This document shows, piece after piece, positions 21,281 to 35,371 of a DNA stretch of 64,000 nt. The DNA is taken from NCBI GenBank assembly GCA_030704615.1, contig CM060734.1, forward strand, positions 10,416,001 to 10,480,000, read 5' to 3'. This DNA comes from Takakia lepidozioides (Eukaryota > Plantae > Bryophyta). Made by a program: the position numbers and the translations under genes. The notes under the pieces are model-generated. The model searched no databases. It was given only the letters and a program-made list of their open reading frames with translations, and was not told where the DNA came from. Within the stretch, counting starts at the first letter, position 1. Every line of letters starts with the position of its first letter.

Positions 21281-23251
21281 CGATGTATGCAGTACTCCTC
21301 GCCGAGGTCTGCTGCTGAATTGATGTTATTGGTCTGCTACCTCCACGAGGTGGACTTAGTTTGGACCACGGTTGTTGGTCTGCTCCATGAGATAGTGGTA
21401 TACTAAATTCGGTGGTCGCCTGAATGTGGGGCACAAGTCAGACCCATCGTTAGTCGAGTATACTGTCTTTGTGTACCCCTGTACTGTATTGGTCTGCTTC
21501 ATTGAGCTATGTTTGCTTTATTACTCTACTACATTTGTTTACTGGTTCACTTTGGCTCATTTATTGACTTCATTGGTCTCCTTCATGAAACCTTTAAAAA
21601 GCACATTAAGGGTGTCGCAGATGCTCTACCGCATTGGTCTACTACAAGTCAGTGCTGGTCTACTGTAGGTGGTCTGCGATCATGGTCTGCTGCATTGGAC
21701 AACTGCAGGTGACAATTGGTCTACCGCATTGGACAACTGCATGTCATTTCCTTAGTTAGATTGATCCTTCTTTCTTAGTTCTAGACGATGAGACACCCGC
21801 CTCAGAGCCGAGTAAATATGGCTAACAGGGGGAAGGGCAGACACACGTTTCCCCCCATTTAGTTTCATTTTCCGCCGAGCTTGAAAATATTCCACAAAAT
21901 CATTTTTCCTCTTCAATGACATGTTGTTGTTGTCTTTTACACGATTGAACGTTCATCTGCAGCTGGGTGTAACATGCCGGAAGCTTTTTTGACGAGGATG
22001 TCTTGCATCTGCCCTCGGCAAACACGCACCGCAGATAAGCAATGGTGTATAAGGTATGCGTCGTTGTGTACAAGGTCAAGCAGGTCGGTTATCTCTCGTT
22101 TCAAAATAGCTTCCAACAGGTCTGGCGTGAGCAACGACTCTGCCGTGTTCGGGGTTGCGCTTGCACGCACATTGTCGTTACCGCTTTCGAGGTCGCATGC
22201 TGCCATGTCTTCGTGTTCATCCAAATTCTCCAGCCCACCGTGAACAGTACCGAGATGGGAACCATATGTCCGGATAATGAGACAGTCTTGTAGGTCTGGT
22301 TTTACCAACTTTATGACCCGAACCTGGTGTTTGCACAGATTGCCTTTTAGCGCCCACGGGCAGGTGCAGCAGGCCCACTGTGACTCTAGATTGAACATGG
22401 TGTACGTTGTATTCGGATCGGAGGAGCTGATCACATAAGCAGGCTGCCCAAGCGCTGCAGGCAAAGTCACACGTGAAAGAGGTATGTCACGGGCTGCACA
22501 TATTGCACTGGAAATGTGCTTTTCCAGTTTATCGCTGCGAATAAACCCATGCATCTTCAGATGAATGTCGTACCAGTAGTGGACCAGTACACGCCCAGTC
22601 AACTCCCATATGAGCCAATCGGCTCTTCGACCGGTCATTTTGCCTTTGCCCATATTAAGTCTTGCCTTTAAGTTTTCGTGGTATGCCTCGATGCTTGCAT
22701 TAGTATCTTGGCTTGCATGTGGAATGTTGCGGGCAGCCGTACACCACATAGCAATTTTGGGAACCCAGTACACATGAATGTAGTGGAGGAACAACTGACC
22801 AGCAAGATATTTCTTTTTCATTGCCTTCAATTTTTTCTTAACCCATTTCACAGCTTCGTCTTCTTTCTGCGGTCCACCTTTGCAGTACATAAGGTCGCCC
22901 ATATCTGCCAACAGTTTCGAGGATGTTCCCGGATCACTGATTTTCTGGCATGATTGCTTGACCTAGGCCTTCCGTACATGCCAAAGGCAAAGGAAAATGC
23001 ATACTCCTGTGAAAACAAACCTGCATGCGGCCACAAAGTCAGAAGTGCCTGAACCGGGCATTCGTATTCAGCACTGCCACAAGCGTGAGACCAAACAGGG
23101 CAGACCAAATAGGGCAGACCATATAGCAAACCCCTAAAGCGGACCATAAGGCAGACCATAGGGCAGACCATAGGGCATATCAAGCTCCCAGGGCACCTCA
23201 CCCTTGTGCACCAAACTCCCTGGGAACCCTCGGCAGACGCTCAATGCTGCA

Positions 23252-23254
<3 letters not shown>

Positions 23255-23347
<93 letters not shown>
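23255..23347. repeat. (GA)n microsatellite
   Basis: Pure GA run of ~93 bp inside a transposase intron. Confidence 0.98.
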
Positions 23348-23349
<2 letters not shown>

Positions 23350-23749
23350 CAGACCATAGGGTAGACCATAGGGTAGAATGAGATGTGGCATACCGGATTC
23401 AGTACCGCCACAAGCGTGAGACCAGACAGGGCAGACCTTGCAGCGGACCATATAGCAGACCATAGGGCAGATTGAGATGTGGCATACCGGATTGCATTGA
23501 TTTCTGCTTCAGCGTCGTCGACAATAAAGGCATTTGGCCGCCAGGTGGGCTTTTCCTGAAGGAGGGCATCATGCAATGCTAGCATCCACGGGATAAGGTC
23601 TCATGTTCGATTGCGTGCTGACAATATGTATGCAACCGGAATTCCGTTCAACCCTTGGTTGAACACCATCAACGTGTACAAGGGGAACTGCATGAAATGA
23701 CAATTTGTAATTAGCAGACCAGTGTCGTACCGACAGGGCCTATTTTAAC

Positions 23750-23950
23750 ATGGTGTACTAGCACAGGGTCTACTGCAATAGGGTGAAAACGCACATGGTG
23801 TACTACAACTTGGTGAACACGCACAGGGTGTACTGCAACTTGGTGAACACGCACAGGGTCTACTGTAACAGGGTGAACACGCAAAAGGGTCTGCCCTAAA
23901 ACAGAGTGCAGTGGAAGGTCTGCTGGAACAGGGTGTACTGGGACAAGGTC
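23750..23950. repeat. ~30-bp minisatellite in a MULE intron
   Basis: Repeated gcacagggtgtactgcaacttggtgaacac-like units. Confidence 0.8.
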
Positions 23951-25833
23951 TACAACAGTTAGGTCTATCGGGATTGAGGACGAATAAGCAATGCACCACA
24001 AGAGTGGGAGACCAATGTAGTATGTTATCATGCTAGTAGAAGCCCGTGGAGAGGGTCCATGGTAGACCTTGTGATGGTTAGTTCCAAATGTAGCGTCGCA
24101 AGCTACGATGTGCGCATGGCCCAAGTCCAACATCTTCTGCCGTTGCCAAGGAGTCTAAACCCCAATGGTGAAGGTCAAATCTCCATCAAAATGTTGAAAT
24201 GTGGGTGCCAATGATTCCTCTTGGTAGAAGAAGACCGAGTCCGGGTTTTGATCTTTCCACATACGCACGGATTGTGCGTCATCAGCGTGTTTTTTGAAGG
24301 TCTGCCAGGCTCGTTTTTCAGCGAGATTTCGGACATCTTGCTCGAGGAGAAAGTCGTCGCGTGTCCATGCGTCTCCCAAGCCACTGTTCTGCATGACGTG
24401 CTCCTTGTGTTCAATCATGACTTGGGCGACACTCAAGCCTCAAGACAAGCATTCCATGATCCACTTTTTGAGCTCCTCGCTAATATGTGGAGCATAAGCA
24501 TATCGGCTGAACTGGAACTCAGAATATCCGCCATGAGAGGGTTTTCCGGACACATCCAGGTGTTGCATGTTGTTATAATATGTGATGACCCCAATGTCTG
24601 GAGCAAGATAACATTGCGAGACTTTGAAACAACAGAGACACCCACGCTTGTAAGACTCGCCGTATTGGCTTTTCTATCATCTTGGACCTTTGTGAGGATT
24701 ACTGCTTCCAGCCCCAACGTCCGGACCTCCTCGCTTGACTTTAGGATCTGTGACAGTCAAATTGTTGGTGCGCTTGTCCTCTGGTCCATAGCAACACTGA
24801 TACCTGGACAGGGTCGTATGTCATCGACACCGGAGTATGTCATCGACACCCATGGAGTTCTGCAAGCATGTAAGACAGCCTAAACCCTATCTACATATGA
24901 TGCATGTACATGTCCGGCAAGCACAAGCACAGGGCATGAACAAAGAGGCAGTGCAGGAATATGGTGCAGACATGACAGAGGTTAGATATGTGTTAGCTCT
25001 TGGAGCTCTTCGCGGTCCGGGCTTCGCGTTAACATGCACATTTATGTAAAATTGGGTGGAACACCCGTCTCTACTCTCTTCTCCAAGTACAAAGTCGGGC
25101 ACTCTTTGCCAGGGAATACAGGCCGTGCGGACCCGCACTTGAGAGCCCATGTATCCAGAGCGACTCTGGTTCTTCCAGTAAAGGTCTTTGCAGGAAAATG
25201 GCCCATCATTTGGAGTTTGAAGACATTGTCGCAGTGGACGTATAAGAAAGCTTTCTGGTTGGGCATCGACGGCCGCTGCCATATACACTGCAGTACCCCT
25301 TCGCGCACTCGAAAGCACCTGCAATACGACCTGGAAAAGTGGAAGCGAAGGACGACAACACGCACGTTCTTGGCAGGACGGAAGCGCGTTGGCAGGAACA
25401 GACCAGAGGGAGGAAAAGATCGATGAAACAGTCTTCGCCCACGATTGGCGGCGGCTGCCATGCCCTAAATCCGGGCGACTACGATAGCAGCGCGGCATCA
25501 TGGTGAGATGGCGGCACATCATCTGGGGCGCGTTTGGGTCTGCCGGATCGGGCTGCTTGGTGGCAGACCCAGCAGACCCAGCAGCGGGCAGACCGATCTT
25601 GTGCAGACCCCATCCCGGGCAGACCCACTGGGGACCCGATGGCGGGCGGACCCAGCGGCGAGGGCGAGCGGGCGGGGGCCGCGGTCCGGGGGCGGGCAGG
25701 GCCGCGGGCGGCTGGCAAGTGGGGGTGGGCGGGGCGGGGGAGGGCGACCCCGCATCCGTGCGCCCTGTCCCACACGCGCGACATAAACTCCCAATTATTC
25801 AAAAATGAGAGGCAATATCTGACTTTCTCTATA

Positions 25834-26525
25834 CCGTAGTGGGAAGGCTGATCCGGCAGTGAAGTGCCGAATATTCATTTTCTTTACAACAAACCACTTC
25901 GGCACAACTTAAGGAAATTTCTAGATTTTACGGCACTACAACTAGGAGATTTTAAGTAATTCGGCGGTGACTCCCTGCATGAACTTGCTCTATCTACTGT
26001 ACCAGATGTGGTAAGAGAATTATATACCAACTGGTTAAGTGCACTGAGTGCCACCCAGATGATTCTAGGGTCAAATCTTGCTACTGACGGGTGTGGTATG
26101 GTTCCTCGGCGGTGTCCCACTCATTCGCCTCCATGGTGCATAAATGAAAGAGGTTATTTTCTTCTCTCACTACTAAGGGGCCTGATTTGTGAGCTGTCGC
26201 TCCCAGGTGTTTCCCTTTTTTCAAAAATCAAAAAAACAAAAAAAAACAAATTATGTGGAGAGCCATGAGAGCATCTGGTCAATCATCAAATGCAGTGATT
26301 GTTCAGCCAATTATTCTAGGATTTCTCAGAGCTAAGGAAAATATTTCCTAGAGCTTTATGCCTTGAAACATGCATTTGGAGATTTGATATTTGGAGTTTG
26401 TTTGAGATTTTAGGCATTTTTTTATAAAGTTTCTGGAATTTCGGCAGTTTTTCCTAAATTTTCACTTAATTATTAGGCAAATTCATTTCTAATTATTTAG
26501 TGCCGGATCCGCCTTCCCACTACGG
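25834..26525. mobile_element. Tc1/mariner(pogo)-type MITE (692 bp)
   Basis: 25-bp TIR ccgtagtgggaaggc(t/g)gatccggca flanked by TA on both sides. Confidence 0.88.
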
Positions 26526-28649
26526 TAGCTTTCAACTTTGTTTTGTGTTGTTGGAAGGTACAAAGAAATGAAGGTTAGGTCATGTATATATATGTGCAAG
26601 GTCAATCAATGTCATAGGTGAATAGTTTCACAAAAGTTTTCGGTAGGTTGACGAGCAACATATAAAGAAAGATGCTGACAAGCATGAGTGTAAAAGACAA
26701 GAATGTATATATATGTGGAGTAAAGTCGAGGCAATGTTAAAACGACATTTTGGAATAAATGTAAAGAATTGCAATTGATGCAAAGAAGGAAGAGAAATGA
26801 GATAAAATTCGTGTAGTAGATTACAATAACAGAATCCAAGTGATCAATTTATTTAATCATATACTGCTTTTTGAACTTGACAATTAAATCCATGTCCACA
26901 CCCAGCTCACTCCAAGCTCGGCTCCCATCATTTTTTTGTCCCCCCAAACAAGAGACAAATTATACAAGACTGCAACAATCTCTGCCAATGTATTACTACC
27001 CCCCCCCCCCCCCCCACCCAATTCAAACCTCATAAGGCGTCCACACACAATGCGCTTACATGGCAGCCACCCAAACATAATGGGAAAACGGCTCCTATGA
27101 ACAGCCTATGCAGCCTCACTTACCAGGCACACAACAGCCACCCCAAACAGCCCAAAACCAACGACGCAATGGCGTGAGCCTTGCGTGTGAGCGTACGCTC
27201 ATGCAGGAGTGACGTGGCATGAGCGTACACCAACGCTGACGTGGCGTGAGAGTGATGTCAGCAGGCTGACATGGCGACAAATGCTGACATGGCGCTGCGT
27301 CGTCATCTGCCACGTCAGGATAAACACACGGCGCCTATATCCGAGGAGGGTCCTATGACCGTGGGATTAATCTAGGCAATCGTTGGTTGAATACAATGAA
27401 GACTACCATCAAACACCTGAAATGGGAAATAAGCCTACAATTGTGGCATCCATTCCACAACATTGTGGAATTAGAATTGTAAGTTTCACAATTACAATTA
27501 CAAGGACGACAAAATAACCTCACAACGTGAGTGCCATAGAGGCTGCCACGGGAAGACCTTGCTCCCTCCCCAAATAACAATGAGAGTTGGGATCACATTC
27601 AAAAGATTCCTGCAGTACATAGCGACACTGCAGAGATACACAGTAGCTCGAGATGGAAGAGCATATAATAGGAAAATAGCACCTTCCCCCAATCCCTGGC
27701 ATGCCTTATCCTTTGACAAACGTTCAAGTGGACGAGCTTACAAATTTATCACAACATGGTTTCCCCTCATTGCCTTGACAATTCCCATGTCATGCCAGTC
27801 ATGTTGAACCATGGGAACCATGCATGTGCGAAGTGTCATTTCTTCTGCGTACATAGGAAGCAAAAAACTGGGCAGGGGGCTGTTGAATACGGAATCATCC
27901 CACATCATGGAGGCTCCTGAAGACCCACAGCTGCCTTTCCTGCAAGGGAGATCCAGAAAATTGGTATTAATAATAAAATCAATTATGCGGGCTAACATAT
28001 CATCCAAAGACGAATGAAGAAGTCTATGCTCCTTCGCGGCCAATGCAGCTATTCTTCTCTGATACTCGTCCTCGTCAAGAGGCGCCAGCATTTCCGCATG
28101 GTTGTTCATATGTTTCATTTGCTGTTCTTGAAACGTCGTGTGCTCAAGAGGGCAGTCGAGGTACCATCCGCAGTCCCTGAAATGGGCAGGACTCCAGTCC
28201 TTCAAAATCCCAGCTGTGTACATGGTTGGGTCATTGGCAGGATCCGAGATAATCAGGGACACCGCTCAAGTGTTTTCCCTCCATGAGCACATATTTTGTG
28301 TACCTGCGAACTCGCAAACCCAATGCAATTCCCAACATGTCAATTCACAAAACATGAGAATGTGATGATCGCCGGCTGACTACTGATGGGAATTCTACTA
28401 CCTCACAAGTATCACCCTCAAAGCAAAACGATGCAATTCACATTTCTCGGCGAAATGAAGATTTCTCTGCAAAAGCACACAGCAGTTTGAGTGATGATCG
28501 GTGCCGATCATCACTTCCTTCCATCCCTAAGATCATGTTTTGAGGGACAACTAACTTTGCAATGGGGGAAAGATGCAGGACTCAAACACGAAAGCAAAAT
28601 AATGTGAACCACATTTCTGGCCGATATGAAAAATACTCTGCAAAATCTT

Positions 28650-31600
28650 TGTTGTGCGCATACGTATCGCTACACAACTACATCGTTGTCCAAACTACAC
28701 CACACATATATGGACAATAAATTAGTTTGCCACAATAGATTGTAAGAACTAAACTCACATGTCTGATAACAAAGAAACACAAAACACAACACAATCACTC
28801 GTTAAACTAAGAGTCGAGCCAGGGGCATCCCAAGCTATGGGGACTCCACCCCACAACATCTTATGCTCCCTTCATAAGCACACTCAGATTCTCAGCAGCA
28901 AAGGAGCTCGGTCGTGCAGACTTAACTCGAGAGAGATGAGCCGCACGACTGACGCTCTCGTGAAGATAAGATGGTTTAGGTGTCAAGCTAAACTTGACAC
29001 CTGACTTAACACTTGAACTAAATCCAAGTGTAAAATACAAATAACTAGATTTATTCTAGTTAGTTTCACACTGTGTTTATTTAACTTGATAGCTGTCGTG
29101 CGCATACGTATCGCTACACAACTACATCACTGTCCAAACTACACCACACATATGTGGACAATAAAGTAGTCTGCCACAATCGCCCCCCTAGCTGGTGGAT
29201 AGGTCCCTCTAACTCCAGATAGCTACAAGATGTAATAGCCACAGCCGTACTAGGTCCTCTATCACTGTCCCTATTGTACTCAAACTCTATAGACCAAGAG
29301 ACCGGGTACAAGAGTAGCCCCATCGTTAGTCGCCGTCTTGCAATCTGTGAACTTGAGCCAGGATCTCGTGTGTTCAAGGTCTCATAGTAGCTTGGCCTTG
29401 CATTTCTTGTTAGCCTTCCATGGTTGTATCCACTCCCACTATCCAATGCAATGCGGACATAACCAATCCCCATCAGGAACCATCTCAAGAGGTGGAGTCA
29501 AGCATCCCATATGCCAACCTCTAGAGCATCGATCACACACTAGCATGGTGGCTGCCCCTCTAACAGACCCACACAACATGCACCTCAAACTTGCAGGTAC
29601 CACTGCCAGGTTTGGGTCAATCCTGCCATCGACATTCGGAAGGTGACATGGCGCACAATTACGCACATGGTCCTTCCAAGTTATGCCATCCCGACCCTCC
29701 AAGATCAAGACGCCTGAGGGCAATACCTCTCGAACCCTCAAAATAAGCCATCCTGCAGTCACATCCAAGGTCGTAGGAGTAGTTTGTTGCAGATAGACAT
29801 AGTCACCAGGGTTCAATCTCCGAACCCCAGGACGATAGCCCCCACCACGTATAGTAGCATACCTCAACGTATCACGATGTTGTGCAATGGCAAGGTTCTC
29901 GAAAGCCATGGGCATGACTTTCTCGAACAACTCTGCACGTTGATCACATGCACGTGCCCACACGTCCGGATCGTCAAGGTTAAGAACTGTAGTAGTTTCT
30001 CTACGAATGGATGTAGGCAAATCCGACTCTCGGCCAAAGAGAAGAAAATATGGTGAGAATGAGGCAAGTGATGCTTGCTTGCTGAACCTGTAGCCCATGG
30101 CTAACCAGGGTAACTGAAGGTCCCAATCTCCTAGGTGTCCCTTCTGCAAGTCATACTTGCGCAAACCCCTCTTTACTGTCTGAACAACCCTCTCTGCCAA
30201 GCCATCGGCCTCAGGATGATCCCGAGAAGTGGTGCGGTGGTCTACCAAGGCCTTGTCACACAAAGCCTGAAACTCCCCCAAGAACTCTCTCCCTTGGTCC
30301 GTGAGTACCTCAGCTGGAGCACCGAATCGGCTAAGCACACAATCCAAGAATGCATACGCAGCTCCCTCACTAGCCTTATCAGGCAATGGAACCAATTCAA
30401 TCCACTTGGAGAAGTGCTCCACCATCACCAACACGTACTTGTTGTGGCGCATGGTCAGTGGCAACGGCCCTGCGAAGTCAAGACTCCACCTGTAGCCCAA
30501 TCCCATGATCGGAAGAGGGTGCAATTGTGGAGTAGGGGCGTTGAATGAAGCATGTACCCTGTCACACACCATGCACCTAGCCACAAATTGTTGCACCTCT
30601 GTGTGCATACCACGCCACCAATACTGCCCCTGCAGTAGACTATGAGTGCGTCGCACCCCAAAATGCCCCAACTCCTCATGGGCATGCCGCACTAACCGTG
30701 CCCGCTGTGTTGGGTGAGGCACAATCCTCACTCGACCATCCTCCCACACTCGGAGCAGGTGTGTCTCCTCCCACTTGAACCTCTTGGCTCGTTGTAGGAT
30801 CCGATCCCTCTCCTTGGCAGTCACAGTGGCTGCCGTGTCTCCAGTGCGGAGATAGTCCAACACAGCTGAATCCTCATGTATATCTTTGGCGCCACCTTGC
30901 TCATTGCTGGCCTCAGGGTCCTCAGACACTTGATCTACAGTCATCCCTGTTGCAGGTCCAACCTAGCCTTCCGCTGCCAAGATACACAGAAATGCAGATG
31001 CATGCCATCCGGGCACCATCTCCTCGTCCGTCTCACCATGCCACCGAGCTCCAGTGTCATCTTGCAAGCTCGTGCATGGATTGCGACTCAACCCATCTGC
31101 ATCCCGATTGACCAAACCCGGTCGATGCACAACCTGAAAGTCATACTCTTGAAGAATGAGTGCCCACTGTGCAAGCTTCCCCGTAAGCTTGTCTGACTCC
31201 ATCACCACTTGAGTGGTTGGTGATCCGTGACAAGGATGAAGAGATTGCCGTATAGATAGCACCTGAAGTGTGCCACGGCCCACACTGCAGCTAAGCATTC
31301 TCCCTCATATGAGCTATACTTAGACTCTGTAACGTTGTTCGAGCGGCTAGCATAAGCCACTACGAACTCTCTTCCCTCATCATCCACCTGTGTGAGCACC
31401 GCTCCAAGCCCCAACATGCTCCAATCTGTATGCAGCTGAAACGGACGCCCCCTGATAGGTCGTCTCAAGATGGCGCCGAGGTCAACCTCGCCTTGAGCTC
31501 TTGAAAAGCTTGTTCTTGCTCATCTTCCCACTGCCACTCCTGGTCCACCTTGGTCAGTTTGGTTAGAGCCTTTGCAATGGCACTAAATCCCTTAACAAAC

Positions 31601-32548
31601 CGTCTATAATAGTTTGCTAATCCCATGAAAGCTCGAACTCAGCTCACATCCGTGGGGCGTGGAATCTGTGCAATGGACTCTACCTTAGTCTGCTGTACCC
31701 CCAATCCTCCAGGATATATCATGTGAACCAGATACTCAATTTGGTTGTGGAAAAACTTGCACTTCCCTGGATGTAACTTCAATCCGTGCGCCCTCAAGCG
31801 CTCAAATACCACCTGAAGGTGTCTCTCATGCTCCTCCACCGTAGCACTAAAGATGATGATGTCATCTATGTAGCACCGAGCAAACTCCACCCCTGCTAGA
31901 ATTCTGTCCATGACTCTTTGAAACTCTGCCGGAGCGTTCTTAAGCCCAAATGGTAAGAACCGCCACTGGTATAGGCAATCCTTCCCGTGCTCATTGATCC
32001 CCCAGAATGTCGTCTTCTGCTTATCCGCCTCCTTGATCGGCAACTGGTGATATCCGGATCGTAAATCCAAAGTGCTAAAGATTTTGGCATGCCCAATGGC
32101 ATCAAAGATCTCCTCTAGTGTCGGCATGGCATACCTATCGGACTTGGTATGACGATTTACAGGCCGGTAATCACCGCACAAACGTCTCTCCGTCCAATTG
32201 CCATAGACATCCTTCTCGGCTGGCATCACTGTGGCTGAAGCATACTCTCCCCCAGATAGCTCGACCAAACCAGCCTCCCAAAGGACCTGAGTTCTCATCT
32301 GAATCAAGGACCTCTCCATGTCACTGTATCTATAGGGTCTCCGAAAGATTGGCATGTCAGTAGCCAATTCAATGCGAATCTCTTGACCCTTCAGTGCTCC
32401 TAAGTTCTTCAAACTGAAGGCAAAGCAGTTCCTGTAAGCCCTCAAGAACCGCCGTATACGTCGTCTTTCTCCTCCGGTGACTATAGGTCCAACATCAGGC
32501 TCCCAGTTGTCCTTCGTGACTGCAACCTTGAGTCCAGCAGGCTTAGAA
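28650..32548 (-). mobile_element. Second, 5'-truncated copy of the PHD-Gypsy family (RT-RH-INT-PHD plus A-B-A terminus)
   Basis: Near-identical Pol peptides (ORFs 29439-30944, 30963-31468, 31639-32556) with frameshifts/stops; A 28650-28736, B-variant 28737-29091, gc spacer, A 29094-29180. Broken off just before the DNMT region. Confidence 0.93.
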
Positions 32549-34424
32549 TCCATCACACGGGATGAACTCTACCGCGCAGGATGAAATCTATCGTGATTTC
32601 ATCCGCGTTGGATGAAATTGTCTCTCAATTTTTCATCCGTGTCATCCTCTGAGGATGACATCCATTTATGGATGAAAAAAATAAATAATGGGATGGCTCC
32701 ATTAGGATCCTGACCTTATACCAAAAATCCGGGTACTGTAAATAACCGAAATTAACCAAATTCCAAGAAGGTTAATTAGGGGTCAGGTAACATACCACTG
32801 GTCTTCAACTATCAAGTTTTAAGAGAACCAGCCAGATCCATGGAGGGAGGGAGAGAGATGGAGAGAGAGGGAACCCACCAACCATCCCCTGGTATGGCAG
32901 CTCCTTATGGAGTGAGTGTGGTATGCACTCACCCCGTAAGGGAGTGCATACCAGACCCCATCACATAAATGACCTCCCTCTTCTTTGTAGCTTTTACTTC
33001 TCGTTACAAAGGAACCATAGAAATAAACATGCCTACAATCTCAACTCTCCAAGGTCAACAAACAAAACAAGCCGTGACAAGCAAAGGTACATCAACACTT
33101 ACATCAAAATGTAGAGTTTTACCTTTTAGCTACACATAAGCTTTGATAATGGAAAGATGGGGCCAATGAAGGGACCTTAACTCCGAAATTCATGAAGCAA
33201 CAAACATGAAAGAAACTTTTATCAACCCTTTAGTGTTTACCTAGCCCATATTTTTGGGTACCACATGTGTACAAAACCAATGGGGTGTAGGTTTAGGTAA
33301 TGAATTTTCTGCCATTGGCATGTTCCAAGTTGGCAAGTTGTGACAAACGAAGGTACATCAACACATACATCAAAATGTAGAGTTTTACCTTTTAGTTTAT
33401 ATATAAGCTCTGGTGACCGGAAGAAGAGACCAGTGAAAGAACCCTCAATTCCCAAGGTCATAAGTAACAATCAGGAAAGAATCTTATATCGGACTTTTAG
33501 TGTTTACCCACCCCTTGTTTTGGGTAAAACATGTGTACAAAACCAAAGGGGGCAGGTATTGGGACTTAGGTAATGAAGTCTGGCAGGGGTTTACCACCTG
33601 GTATTCAGACAAAACATCTACCAGCAGCATATCAGAATTGGGTATTTCTTATGGTGCTATAAAGAGCAAAGCCATAACCAGGAGAAACATAGAAACATTT
33701 GAGCCAAAGAAAAGGAACTCATTCGTATCATAAGGTATCTAAATCTGACATAAGGCATCGGCTATAGGGGACCGGCAAACAAGAGTAATGTGCACTGACC
33801 GGATCATGTATAAGGTGTACACGTCTACTCCAATAGGTTGTCTTACCAAGGCCTAGCTCAAAACTTCAGCATTCAGAAGCCCTATAGATGTTCTATGCTT
33901 ATCTCAGGTACCTTCAAGGATGCCTTACTCTCCATGCCCAATTAGCCAACATATTTTTGCTGGAGAAGATCTTACCTTATGAAGGACTTGCTTGCTCCAC
34001 ACCATGGTCATGGCGGGAGAGGAGGCTGATATCTCATGGCTTTGGCCTTCCCATTGCCTTGGGTTCATCACTTCAATCAGGAACATATTTGATAACCTTT
34101 TGTCATGCTCAGACCAAGGTGTTAGTAAATCAAACATAAAACTGAAAACAGAAGGGAGATTGGTTGATAATGTGTACAAGAACCACCAAGTACACTGGTC
34201 TAAATCAGAGAGGGAAGATACTTATGTCTTGTCGAGACATGGACAAAGACCTGACAAGGTCACTGTAAAATTAACGACAAATCAGCCTCATAACAAGGCA
34301 TTATCAACCATTCTTCATTCACAAGTCAGCTTTATGACAAATCCCAGACTTCAAAGTCAATGAAGTCTCTGGGTGGGGGGGTGGGAAAAATTAGAGACTC
34401 AATTACCACTGTTCATAGCAGGAA
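32549..34424 (+). repeat. Isolated partial copy (~1.9 kb) of the 2,640-bp tandem unit
   Basis: Matches 52781-54656; shares the same short ORFs (MHSPRKG..., MFYAYLRY...). Confidence 0.95.
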
Positions 34425-34790
34425 CAGTGTGCGTTGACTCACACTGTTTGAGCTGCCAGTGAGGGATTCTTTCATCCTCAGAAACGTGCCCTAAAGGGCG
34501 AATTCAACACGGAGAAAACCGTGACATGTAGAGCTCAAACAGTGTGCGCCAATGCACACTGTTTGAGCTGCCACTGAAGGGTTCTCTCGTCCTGACATAC
34601 ATATCCTGGAAAACCGATATCCAGACGGAAACAGCAGTGAAATGTTCAGCTCAACTCACACTGATTGAGCTTGCAATTTGGGTTGTATTGAACCTGCTGT
34701 AGTGCCCAAGTTTGGGCGTTTCGCACCTGAACAATCAAGCAAATTGGTAGGCCCAAACAGTGTGCGTTGCCGCACACTGTTTGAGCTTCC
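34422..34790. repeat. Subterminal palindromic repeats of the second MULE-like element
   Basis: 3-4 copies of aacagtgtgc-N6/7-cacactgtttgagct hairpin motifs. Confidence 0.6.
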
Positions 34791-34843
34791 AATTTGCGGT
34801 GCTTTCAGCTTGGTGCAGATGTCCTGTGTGGGCTATATTCATA

Positions 34844-35371
34844 TCAGCAACGTAACACAAATGTGGGTCTTAAAGATTTCACCTTTTTCTTGGTTGCTCC
34901 AGAAGACTCCCCAATTGCCGGGGACCCTTTGCGCTTCGGGCTGCTCTCTGCGCCGAGCGTGTACGTGAGCCTCTCCCCCTTCCTCTTTCCCGCAGGCAGA
35001 CTCCTCGTGAGTCCACCTTCAACATCCTCTTCCATCTCGTCTGTCTCTCCCTCAGATGCAATGTCCTCTTCATCTGTTATTGGAACTATGGCGGGCTGCT
35101 GTTCTTCTGCTGATTCCTGCTCTTCCATCGCCACACTTTCCTCTACTCCCTCTTCTACCTCCTTTTCCTCTTCGTCCACTCTTTCCATCCTCATTCTATC
35201 TCTGGCTCTATTCCTGTTTCTAGAGCTCGTGAAGTATAGTGACTTCCTTCTCTTCCTCCTCCGCTGGAAACAAGGGCTCCCCACGATGCCTCTAGAGCTC
35301 TCCAGTATGACGTTTGTAACAAGTGCTGCTATGGCATGTAACCAAAATCGACATTGGACGTTGTCAACCAT
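34844..35371 (-). CDS. Acidic/basic low-complexity ORF divergent from the transposase, probable TE accessory exon
   Basis: RRRKRRK basic patch followed by an E-rich tract; no family recognised. Confidence 0.3.
   Translation of the reverse strand: MVDNVQCRFWLHAIAALVTNVILESSRGIVGSPCFQRRRKRRKSLYFTSSRNRNRARDRMRMERVDEEEKEVEEGVEESVAMEEQESAEEQQPAIVPITDEEDIASEGETDEMEEDVEGGLTRSLPAGKRKGERLTYTLGAESSPKRKGSPAIGESSGATKKKVKSLRPTFVLRC

Larger units (their letters stand above)
21937..25461 (-). pseudogene. Intron-containing MULE DDE transposase with SWIM zinc finger, inactivated
   Basis: ACDATFGTN, FIVDDAEAE, CLWH, TNASIEAYH; SWIM CTCPWALKGNLCKH; premature stops (e.g. at 24155). Confidence 0.85.

Noticed and set aside
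23134-23585. SLSLSL-rich ORFs
   Set aside because: Translation of the (GA)n microsatellite.
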